Part shown: positions 1-10,746 of the stretch, one piece after another
Numbering within the stretch: the stretch's first letter is position 1
Layout of the letters: every line of letters starts with the position of its first letter
Assembly (NCBI GenBank): GCA_965153285.1
Contig: OZ229115.1
Origin: Podarcis tiliguerta
Taxonomy: Eukaryota
Length of the DNA: 64,000 nt
Direction: 5' to 3' (one strand)
Translations under genes and position numbers: made by a program
Notes under the pieces: generated by a model
The model's input: the letters and a program-made list of their open reading frames with translations, nothing else
The model's database searches: none
What the model was told of the DNA's origin: nothing

Positions 1-76
1 GAATCATAACTGTGACATGTGGATAGAAAAAAAGATAATTTTGCAAACAGCTTGGGTCTAAGCTTAGTTATAAGTG

Positions 77-120
<44 letters not shown>
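77..120. repeat. (ATT)n microsatellite
   Basis: Uninterrupted ATT trinucleotide run. Confidence 0.97.
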
Positions 121-121
<1 letters not shown>

Positions 122-694
122 ACATTAGCAAAGGGGTCTTCCCTATGGACAGGCCATAGGGCAAAGCTGTTGCCTATTTGAGATGTTGTGAGATGGGATT
201 TGGCAACAGCGGTCAAACAGCTCCAGGAAGAAAGGAGTAATCATACTTTCTTTTGGGTGGTCTGGCTTCTAGGGAAGTATACCAGTCATTTATGGAATAT
301 TATTTGTACATCTATTGGAATTGTTGTACTGGGCCAGATTCAACTAAGTTGTTGCACTAGTGGAAGCCAGTTCATTGAGTCCTGTCAGTGCAGCAAGACG
401 TCCTCCTCACCTCCCATGCCATCCCCAAATCTGCTTGAGAGAGGCAGGAGAACCCCCAGAAGACTGTGCAGAAGGAGGAGAGAAGAGATTGTTCCATCTG
501 GCAAGCAGAAATGCTTGTGTTTAGCAAACAATCGCCTTAGTGCAACTCTGAATTCCACCTATTGTTTTTAGACCTTGTCTTATTTTTTAAAAAATATTTA
601 ATCTCATCTTTGACTAGATGTACACTGCTTTGATGACTTGAAGCTGTGAAGCGGTTTTTATTTTGTAGAATAAATAATAAACAAATAGTCATGA

Positions 695-1098
695 TGGCTG
701 TATGGAAACTCTAGATTCAGAGCTAGTATATCTATGAATACCATTTTTTGGCTGAAGGATATTCACCCTGTTTGTGTGCTTCCTGGAACCATGTGGATTG
801 CCACTGTTGGAAAATAGGATACAGTGGTACTGCGGGTTACATACACTTCAGGTTACATACGCTTCAGGTTACAGACTCCGCTAACCCAGAAATAGTGCTT
901 CAGGTTAAGAACTTTGCTTTAGGATGAGAACAGAAATTGTGCTCCGGCAGCAGCGGGAGGCCCCATTAGCTAAAGTGGTGCTTCAGGTTAAGAACAGTTT
1001 CAGGTTAAGTAGGGACCTCCGGAACGAATTAAGTACTTAACTAGAGGTACCACTGTACTAGAGTAGAAGTGCCTTTTGTCGGATCTCAAGTTCTTACT
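695..1098 (+). mobile_element. Decayed CR1-tailed SINE/CR1 3' end, split by a MITE insertion
   Basis: GCCACTGTTGGAAAATAGGATA|MITE|CTAGAGTAGAAGTGCCTTTTGTCGGATC...TTCTTACTTA joins across the MITE. The joined sequence resembles the squamate CR1-type tail (recalled consensus), also seen at about 58460-58530. Confidence 0.45.
822..1055 (+). mobile_element. Tc1/mariner (pogo/Tigger-like) MITE family A, copy 1
   Basis: TIRs CAGTGGTACTGCGGGTTA / TAACTAGAGGTACCACTG, TA on both flanks, internal TTCAGGTTA repeats. Four more copies in the window. Strand is an arbitrary family orientation. Confidence 0.9.
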
Positions 1099-1116
1099 TA
1101 AGATTCAATGAAACTA

Positions 1117-1370
1117 ACCTATTTTTTGCTCTATAAGACACATCAGACCACAAGACGCACCTAGTTTTTGGAGGAGGAAAACAAAATATATTCTGAATCT
1201 CAGAAGCCAGAACAGCAAGAGGGATCGCTATGCAATGAAAGCAGCGATCCCTCTTGCTGTTCTGGCTTCTGGGATAGCTGTGCAGCCTGCATTCATTCCA
1301 TAAGACGCACACACATTTCCCCTTACTTTTTATGAGGGAAAAGGTGAGTCTTATAGAGCAAAAATTACTG
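1117..1370. mobile_element. Tc1/mariner-type MITE with an internal perfect palindrome
   Basis: TIRs ACCTATTTTTTGCTCTATAAGAC / GTCTTATAGAGCAAAAATTACTG, TA flanks at 1115-1116 and 1371-1372. Internal 29-bp inverted repeat at 1201-1271. Confidence 0.8.
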
Positions 1371-3099
1371 TAATTCTTGTTGTGCATAGATGAAGCAGGC
1401 TTACTGTGGCAGGAGGACTTCCCCACAGAACAGAGTTACAGATGGGGTTAATATACTGTGGTGACTTTCCCCCCCGGTTCCCTTCGCTGTGTCTCATTTG
1501 AAACTCTTCAAATATAAACTGTTCAACAGTTATTACTTGATATGATATGGAAATAAGAAATATATTACACCAAAAATGCCTTTCCAACCATTTATGATTA
1601 CATTGCACATTCCAGCAAGAGAGTCCATTTTTCTACTAAATTAATTGTTAAGGTAGATTCAATTCTTTGATGGATTATGTCAGTTAATTAGCCCATTTCT
1701 GCAGTGTCTAAAGACTTTCAGCCATTTGTTAATCGGAGCAGGGATTTTCCAGTAACAAGCCCAAATAATCTTAGAGACCCGTGAAAATATTTGTGAAGCA
1801 AACCAGAGTACAGACTTTTGAACTCTCCCCCACAACTCTCACTCTGTGGAGAAAATTGGGAAATGGGGGAGGAGGGTAACAGAAATGTAAAATTCAACTT
1901 TGAAATATAATTTATAGATCCCATTTTCCCTTGGAGCAGGATAATATTACAAGTTTACAAAAGGAGCAGTTGTGATCATCCTGAATGCATTTATGCTGTA
2001 ATATATGACCTACAATCTTTCTTGGACCTCTGTTAGTAGTTAAAAGCATAAACAAAAAAACTGGTGGTTTCTGTTAAGATATTCTTCAAGCTTCACTTCT
2101 CCCTTCTATGTGAAATAATCAGAGTCTGTTGGCAGTGTGGATACATGTTAAGGCTTTTTTATGGTCTGGCAATTTTTGAGACCTGAAGTTGATTTGAGCT
2201 TGTATAGTTTTGGCCTTGCCCACTGTGTAAACTTAATGACAATTATGCGTGCCAATTTATGAATTCAGTCTACGGACCAATAAAAAAAACCCTACCATTG
2301 TTATCCGATACATGGTACAAAATGGATGTGTTGAGTGCCAAATTGCTGAGTTCTCAGTTTTAAATGTGTCAGGTCAGAGAAGTAAAAATATTTTGTGTGA
2401 GAGGTCACTAAAAGACATGACTGACAAAGCCAACAGCTTGCACAGTCTTTATTTTCTTCGATCTAGGACCAATTTTGCACATACAACCCAACGATTTATA
2501 GAGGAAACCAAAGACTGAAGAAACTATCAACAAATTAAAACTTAAATTAGCATTATAACTAAATCACAAGTAACACTTGCAGTTTAACTCCTGCTTCTTT
2601 AGTGCTAATTCTCCAGCTACTTGTTTACATAATTTCTTACAAATATATTCAGTGGCAGACAACCAATGAGGCAAAGTGCTAGGATTAATTGAATGAAAAT
2701 GAAATTTGAACAAGTATTGCTTTCAATACTGTAGCTTAATAATGTAGCTTTATACTAATTCTGCACTCACCCCAATCATATAAAGACTCCGTTTTTAAGT
2801 AATTGCAACTCACTTGATTCGTGTGTTGTTTGAAAGCTTAGAGCTTACTAATTCCTATAAAAATAAATCCAGCATCAAAACTGTTACCTATGTTTAATAA
2901 TGAACACTTCTTCCACAACCTTTCCCAGATCTAGCCTTTTAAGGTTCCATGGGCTGCTCCATATATTTTATGCAGTTTCAACCCTTCACCTCTTTTTCCA
3001 CTGGTAATTCAGTTTTTGAATATTCCTTCTCCTTGTATGTGTGTTCTGGTGGTATATACTGTTGAGCTTCATTGACACATGACCTTTCCAGAATCATAA

Positions 3100-3420
3100 T
3101 CTTCTTCTTCTCCTCCTTCTCCTTCTTCTTCTGTATACTGCCCTTCATCTGAAGATCCCAGGGTTCACAACAGAAAAATACAAAATGAGAATACAAAATA
3201 TATACTAAAACAAAAACAAAACCAATAGCCCCACCCCACAAACACATTAATAAAACCCCATAGAAGGTTAACCAACCAAACGCCTGGTTGAAGAGAAACA
3301 TTTTTGCCTGGCACCTAAAGATATGTAATGAAGGCAGCAAGTAAGACTCCCTCGGGAGAGCATTCCATAGATGGGGAGCCACTGCAGAAAAGGTCTCTTC
3401 TCCTGTTGCCACCCTCCAGG
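3100..3420 (-). mobile_element. L2 LINE 3' end with (GAA)n tail
   Basis: ORF 2978..3412(-) begins TFSAVAPHLWNALPRESYLLPSLHIFRCQAKMFLFNQAF, matching the L2 ORF2 C-terminal motif AFSxxAPxLWNxLP...LKTFLF. A 3'UTR and short-repeat tail follow. Confidence 0.85.
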
Positions 3421-4599
3421 CTTCTGTGACACTTATGTTTGCTGTCCCAAGATTCTTGTTAGTTTCTTGATTGTTGCTAGGGCTGTTGCATTGATAAAAG
3501 ATATCTGAGTTCTCCTCCTCAATAATACTTTCTTGCCAGTAGGAGTGGGTGTGTATGTATTCATGTTTGTATTTTCAAATTAAGCCAAAATGTAATGAGT
3601 GGAAGCCCTTGAAGGATCTCAATAAACTTTCAGGAGTGGCTAATCTTATGAGAAAAACAAGTGCAAAACATTTTACAGTGGCATGGGAGAAAGATGAAAC
3701 TAACATTACCTGTAATTTCCCACCCCTAGACTAAAAAACATTGTGAAAATGTACAGGAATAAAGTAGGTGCACCTACTTTAAAGCAAGCATATTTAATTG
3801 CCCTCTTAAATTGATTCCAACATTACATTTTCTGTAAGCTGTTGCTTAAGAAGGTGCAGAATCACTTTACAGGTCTGGGAAAGGGGTGATTCTCTCTTTG
3901 ATAGTTTACAGTAGAAAAGAGATATGGGGCAGTTTTTTATGCCCGTACTCCACCCCACCCCACCCCACTCATGGCAAGCATTCTGCTGTTTGTCAGGTAG
4001 CTAGCTCTGACACTTCTCATTAAGGATTTGGTAACATGCATAAATATTTGCTGCACAAGCGGAGATACAATTTTGATAAAAAGAATGTAAATTCAAAAAG
4101 TAACTCTTTTTCTTGATGTACATTTTAAAAATCCATTTTGAAGTTCTAAAGAGTTATTACACTTTGCTGAAGGGCAGTAGGGTGGGTTAGGACATGCTCC
4201 ATTTGATGTGCAGTATGAGAGATTTGTTTTCTAGTTTCCGAGCTGCATAGCTAGATGAAGCAAAGTGCCTTAATCTTATTAAAAAGAATTGTGACTGCTT
4301 TAAACTACTGGCATCTGAAATGTGTAATTTCCATGCATCCATAGCTTATGTGCCATTCAGAGTCTAAAACAAGACGGTCCACTATCCCCTTGTAATTTAG
4401 TGCCTCTGGCAACAGCTGTTGGGAAAATGGATCACAAAAAGGCATGACTATGGGGAATGGATTATAGAAAGCATTTTATTGTGGTGGCAATCTGTAATTT
4501 CTTCAAATACTACCATGAATCTAAAGGATGGAAGGCGTTCTCTGTGCTTAACCATAAAATTAGCTGCTGAGTGGAATGTCTATTGATTTTGAAAAATTC

Positions 4600-5390
4600 T
4601 ATTTATTCATTTATTTTTAAAATTTATAGCTCACCTTTTCAGTATAACAATTCACACGGCAGAGAACAAAAGTGAAACCAAGATACAATTAAAAGCATAA
4701 TAAATCAATCTCCTTTACTGGCATACAAAGGATACAAAAGTATATAAGTCAAAGCATAAAATTGGTGTATGTTCATAAAAGGAGATTATTTAAGATAAAA
4801 CAAATACAGACATATTAAGGTTAAAAAAGAGCCTCTTATAGCGATATAAGTTTCATGGCATCTCTCAGAAATGTTGCTACATTCTCCATAATTTCATGCC
4901 TACAGCTGTTCAGTAGAAAGGAAACCCTGGAGAAGTCAGGACAATTTAACTTTTCTTTCAGCATGGAGTTTAAATATTTATCATGGGTTTTTGCATAAAA
5001 TGGGTAGTAAAATAAAACACGTGCAATGGTTTTAACCTGTTTTATACCACAAGGATAGCTCCTTTCTGAATATGGATTTTTTGAGAATTTTCCTTGCAGA
5101 ATTCAATCTTGCCAAGAAGAAAGCTCTACGTTGGTGGCGATCATAGATGATGTAAATATATGGTGGCCTGGCCAAATGAAGATAGAATCCCTAACCCTAA
5201 TGGAGAGTAAGAGTTATTAGCTGCACTACTGAGTTTTTGGAATTCAGTCTCTAGAAATCTGTGCTTGATTGTTTGAAATGCTTCTAACGGTGGGAGTATA
5301 AGCAGTGAATCAAATGATAGACCAATAGTTTTAACTTTATTCTTGATACAAGCTAACCATTTAGAGTGATGGGATTCCAAACTTCATATG
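4600..5390 (-). mobile_element. RTE-X-like LINE 3' fragment
   Basis: Minus-strand translation across a frameshift gives KWLACIKNKVKTIGLS...QTIKHRFLE, then QRRAFFLARLN, then GKFSKNPYSERSYPCGIKQVKTIARVLFYYPFY. The last is a decayed CCHC knuckle typical of RTE-X ORF C-termini. AATAAA-type tail near 4600-4620. Confidence 0.7.
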
Positions 5391-7479
5391 AAAAATTAAA
5401 GAAGAGGGGTCACACTTGAAATGGAGGCATAGCCAGATTTTTATTGTAATGAGCTACACTCTAGTTTCCCTTGTTCATATTTCAAGCACATGGCTTCATA
5501 TGGAAGACAGTTTGGCATACCCAATATTTTACAAAGGAATTTTGAGTTGGGTCCATTCCCATTGAGTGGTAAGCTGCACCAATCCATTATGGTATGCAGT
5601 ACAGTAGCTTTAGACTTACTTTGAACATACTGGTTTCCTCTATTGCTAGGTGATAGCCAAAGCACTGGTATATGCTGCACTTAATGCTAACTTGCAATGT
5701 TTCCCCCCAAGAGACATTATATTGGAAATGAATGCCTAAGTATTTACTTTTTTGAACTTGTTCCAATGTGTTACCGTTAACTTCCTACCTATGTGGCTTC
5801 CAGGACCTTGGAAAAATGAGCATTTGCATTTCACAAAGTTCAATACCTGACTGCAGAGTTTCAGAAATTAATTCAGAAAAGCCTCAAGAAGCTATTGGAG
5901 CACATGAAGATCTAATCTAAACTTAAAACATAACATAAAGGGAGACTTAAACATATTTTTAGTAAATAGACTGTAGGTTTCTCTTCCTTGGCTTCCTCTG
6001 TGGTGCCAAGGGCAAGGCATTTCTGAGAGGCATTCTGGAAAAAAATCTGGCAGCCACCAACCAATCAGAACTATGAATAAACCCCACTAAATTCTGCATC
6101 TCAGGGCCTACTAGTCCCAATAGCGATATTCTCTCTTAAAGATAAGAGGAAGTGTGTTTCTGAATACCCGTTGCTCAGGGACAACAGCAGGAGGGTGCTG
6201 TTGCATTAATGTTGTCTCTGAGCTTTGCACCATTGGCCACTGTAAAAAACAAGGTGCACCAGATGAGCCTTTGATAGCCTCCGCTCTCCAACAATTGGGC
6301 AAAAGCATACCTGTCAATCATATTTCCTTATACAGAAGAAAAGTATTTACATATTAATCCAATTCTGATCTGTCTGTTATTGTTCTTTGATTCCAGAATG
6401 TCTCCCCTTGGTACTGTGGGTAAACAATAGTCTCCCATACCAATTGGAAAGTTGATTTAGGTTTTCAGGAAGCGAAATAAGTCCCTAGAGCTAAGCCAGT
6501 TTTTGTTTTATAATCTTTAGAGCTGCTGAGTGCCTGGTAATCATATGCGAGCCCTACACAATATTGAAAATGGCTGTTCTGCTATTATTAAAGTCCGCAA
6601 TTATTTGGAAACAGGATTTTGAGCTGACAAGTTCCAGAAATATGCTGGGGTGGCTGAGAGGGGAGATCACCATTTGATTCATCGAATGCATCGTATAAAA
6701 TTGAAGCAGATATCATTAATGTGGTAACCTTCTTGCCATGCATTTCTCCCCATGTATTTGTGTGCTACTTGATACACACAAATAACAAGGACAATAATTG
6801 TTTCATGTTACTTTTGCTTATAGTTAGCAGATGATGTCACAAGTACCCACCAAGTTTTTCTGTTTGATTGAAAACTGCTTTGCAGTAAGAATTTTATGCA
6901 GCTTGGAATTGTATCCTTTCCCTACATGCCTGGAATTGCACTTCATTGTCTTATGTACCATTACCGTGGTAGTATAAATAAGGTTTTGCTTATGCCTTGT
7001 ATTTAAATTGGAATGCTCAAGGCTCATTCTAAAAACAAAGTGTTGTGCCTAAATTTGCATTTGCTCTCATGGTTGTCTTTGTCGTTTTGTGTGCTGGAGT
7101 ACAATAAATTTTAAATATTAAGAGAAGACAATTCAGATTGCTTTCATTGCATCGTGCATAAGTTGCAGAATCAAATTTCTTTCACTGCATGTTCAGTTTC
7201 ACTGTTAAAATACTTTGCTGTAGCCAGTTGCCTTAGCTGATTTACTTCATGTTAACCTTGAGTGCAGTTCAGATGTGTTTCTTTTCCATTATCTCCTGTT
7301 CCTTTCCCCCCATCCTACCTTTCGATTAGTTGCCAACATTTATTCGTTTTCTGTTAAACTAGTAAAAGAGGATTATGGCACAGGGTGAAACAGGTTGGAA
7401 TAGATGGAACCTACTTTAGTTATGCGACCCTCGAACACCGCTTTTAATGAAAGGGCTTGTGCTGTGCTGTTTTTATTAT

Positions 7480-7650
7480 AATTATTTATATTGTTTTAAT
7501 AGTTTTTATATATGTATATATTTTAAATTCTATCAGTGTTTAATTGTTTTTTAATTGTTGTTTTTCTGTGTTTTTAGTTCTTATTTTTACCTGTAAGCCA
7601 CCTTGAGTCCCTTCAGGGGGAAAAGTTGGGGTAAAAATAAAAATAAAAAG
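7480..7650 (+). mobile_element. L2-type LINE/SINE 3' tail
   Basis: T-rich UTR, then TGTAAGCCACCTTGAGTCCCTTCAGGGGGAAAAG...(TAAAAA)n, the L2-family terminal motif. Confidence 0.6.
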
Positions 7651-7986
7651 AATATTAATAATTTGTGCCTGTTCATCTGCTAGTTCTGTAGCTGAGAACC
7701 TTATTTCTGTGCCAGGAGTTTGGTTTGATGAGAGAGGATAAAAACTGCCTAGGTAATTGGTGATTGAGGCTATTGTAACAAATGCAACAAAACCTACTCT
7801 TGAGCTATTGAAAAAGGATTCAAAACAGGTTATTAAAACTATAGTTACCCCAGTGGTCTGGGGCATGAGGCTTTAATGGAGGAATAACTTATTGTTCCTT
7901 CTCTATTGTTTGGCTTTCAATTTTTTTGCCCCCCCCCCCAAAAAAAATCACTTCAATTTGAAAGAGTTCTAATTGACACTCTAAAT

Positions 7987-8122
7987 CAGACACCCCCAAA
8001 CTCAGTCCTCCAGCTGTTTTGGGACTACGATTCCCATCACCCCTGACCACTGGTCCTGTTAGCTATGGGTGATGGGAGTTGTAGTCCCAAAACATCTGTA
8101 GGGCCGAGTTTGGGGGTGCCTG
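7987..8122. mobile_element. hAT-like MITE
   Basis: TIRs CAGACACCCCCAAACTC / GAGTTTGGGGGTGCCTG, perfect 8-bp TSD CTCTAAAT, largely palindromic interior. Confidence 0.9.
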
Positions 8123-10359
8123 CTCTAAATAGTGGAGGCTGTTTTGAAGAATCACAGCATTTGCTAGATGAAAAAGAACTTTCCCCCATCAGTTTGCTGG
8201 GTAAGCTGCACCCTAAAGCCTGAAGTCATATGCTTGCACGTGCGGAAAACAAACAGGTATGCACAGGCTCCGGTGATGCATAGGTGAAACTTTTCAGGTT
8301 AACAAATAGAAAACAACAATGCAAGGTATTATATTTTTCAAGGGTTTAACAAGACTTACTGACAGTTTAGGAACAAGAATGCCAAACCAATAAAAACTAG
8401 TGTCCTTTTGAGGTAGCTGTGAAAAATATAAACAATGCCCCAGAGAGGCAGCTATTCCAGTATTAGAAAAGGAGAGCTGACGTGCTTATCAGTAAGTATG
8501 CGGTTGTTGCATACAATTTGGAGGACTGAGAAAATTAAATGCATTTTAAGTTTCATTTGATCCCACTTTCCCCCCCTAAGAAACCCATGAATTTATGTTA
8601 AATTTATCTTGGCTTATGAAAAGAGATGTAATGACTTCTGCTAACAAGATAAAAGAGAAGCCAGCACTTAATTTCCTAGGTGATACACAAAATAAAATGA
8701 TTTGCATGCCTCCAAAAGATTATGCACAACCTTGTTAAATGCAGTACAATACAAATGAAGAACAAATGAGCTACCCAGATAGGATGCATTTTTGTAACTC
8801 AGGGCTGCTGTCTGCAGAATTCCAATAGAGAGTGAATCAAGAGGCACTTGTTCTTTCCAATGGCTCTCAGGTTTTTGATAATCATTGCTGGCAAGATGAT
8901 GTATCCAAGCATGCATTGATAATTCCCCTCTGTGTTTTTTATAGTTATGGCACATTTTGGTGGACGATGCTTATTTGCTAAACTCTAAGTCTTATTTTTC
9001 ATTGACGTACATATTTTTATTTCCTTTGATTGCCAAGAACATGCAACATACATATATATATATACTCAAGTCACTTTAACAAGAGATGTTCCCAATAATT
9101 GGAAAATTCCTACTTTTAAAGTGTTCTACATGCAAATAAGCTGTGGTGGTTCCAGAGGGTGATTTTGCAATTAGGCTAATCTTGTAATGAGTGATTAGGT
9201 GAGCGACAGCACTCTGCTTGAAAACGGTGTATATTGACTGTTGGAGCCTGTAATGAAGCGTGGAAAGCTCTATGCCCAGCGTTCTCTGGTAGAATTGTCA
9301 GTCACTGGCACATCATGGCTGAAGCAGTTTATTGAGTATGACTGCCAAATCTTACACAGGTGCCGGATTAATTTTGATGTATCGCACTTAGAGCAATGGC
9401 TTTGGACAGTTACTTTGCAGTGTGTTTGCTGGAAAACCATTGAAGGGAATTTTTTGAACAATTGGACTAAAATAGCTGTGCTACTGTAAATAATCTCCTG
9501 CAATGCTTTACAATCTCTGTAATGAGAAATTAATGCTTGTGAATTGTAACATATTTCTACTATAAAACTAATTTCTGCTGTCTGTTCAGAAAGGCATTTC
9601 CTAGGCACAAGCTGCAAAAGGCTGCACATTGCTTTACTGGCATTCCTTGGTATCACAGTACCGGAGGGCTAGAAATTAAGTGGCTTATGTCATGAACAGA
9701 AACATTCTGGAATGACATGACATACACAAGGCACGAGTAGGCGGGCCGCATTTCATAATGTGTACTTTGCTTTGTGCAGTTTTTGTAATAGTGCCCCTAC
9801 CTTATACTATGTCCCCATCTTATATAAAGGTAGATAGAATATCTGCTTAACACAAACAGGAGGTGGACTGCTGAAAGATCTATGTAGCCCCTTTTTAAAT
9901 ACAAAAGTATCACAACCACACTATTCGCTTTTCTGGGGAATACTCAGGTAGCAAAATGCCAAATGCTAGGTGGCTTTTGTGGGGGTGCTGCAGATTTGAG
10001 TAACGTATGAATACAGAAATAGACAGCTTGAGTTAGCAAAACACTAACATAGTGAAGTGATTCCCTTTTATGAGGAAAGGGCTTTATGGGATTGGGACAT
10101 TGCAACAGATGTGATTTAGAGCAACCTGGGGGGGGGGGGGGAATGGTACGTGTTGAAACTCGACCAAAGTCCTGGAGTTAAATTGTGAGGAGAAAATGAC
10201 GACAGTTACCGGTAGTTGCCTGGTAAAATAAGATTAATACTTAACCCAAGACAATCAACAGGGGCACCTGCCTCATCAGGAGTCGATATAGTGCATGGAG
10301 TCAGTATAGTGCGTGTGAAAGGGGGAAAAGTCAGATACAGCTATTGCAGAACAAGGCTA

Positions 10360-10585
10360 CAGTGGTACCTCGGGTTAAGTATTTAATTCGTTCCAGAGGT
10401 CCGTTCTTAACCTGAAACTGTTCTTAACTTGAGGTACCACTTTAGCTAATGGGGCCTCCCGCTGCCGCTGCGCTGCCAGAGCACAATTTCTGTTCTCATC
10501 CTGAAGCAAAGTTCTTAACCTGAAGCACTATTTCTGGGTTAGCGGAGTCTGTAACCTGAAGCGTATGTAACCTGAGGTACCACTG
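10360..10585 (-). mobile_element. MITE family A, copy 2
   Basis: CAGTGGTACCTCGGGTTA...TAACCTGAGGTACCACTG with TA flanks; opposite orientation to copy 1. Confidence 0.92.
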
Positions 10586-10587
10586 TA

Positions 10588-10746
10588 TAGGCAACTACAA
10601 ATTTATGTCCAGTTGGTGCACTATTGCGTATTCATACATCGCCACAACCCAGAAGTGGACAGAAAAGGGGATGGAATGGGGGCGGAGTGAGCTTATGCAT
10701 GCGGGGGTCAGGAAATTCAACCCCTGCACAAAACAGTTTTTGCCTG
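10588..10746 (+). mobile_element. Tigger-like MITE family B, copy 1
   Basis: Ends TAGGCAAC... / ...TTTGCCTG with TA flanks. Shares internal ACCCAGAAGTGG..AGAAAAG with 27378-27540. Confidence 0.65.

Noticed and set aside
5681-5702. Known miRNA starts (TTAATGCTAA miR-155-like; also miR-9-like at 44711, miR-135-like at 56861, miR-101-like at 59419)
   Set aside because: Matches stop after 9-10 nt and there is no flanking hairpin.
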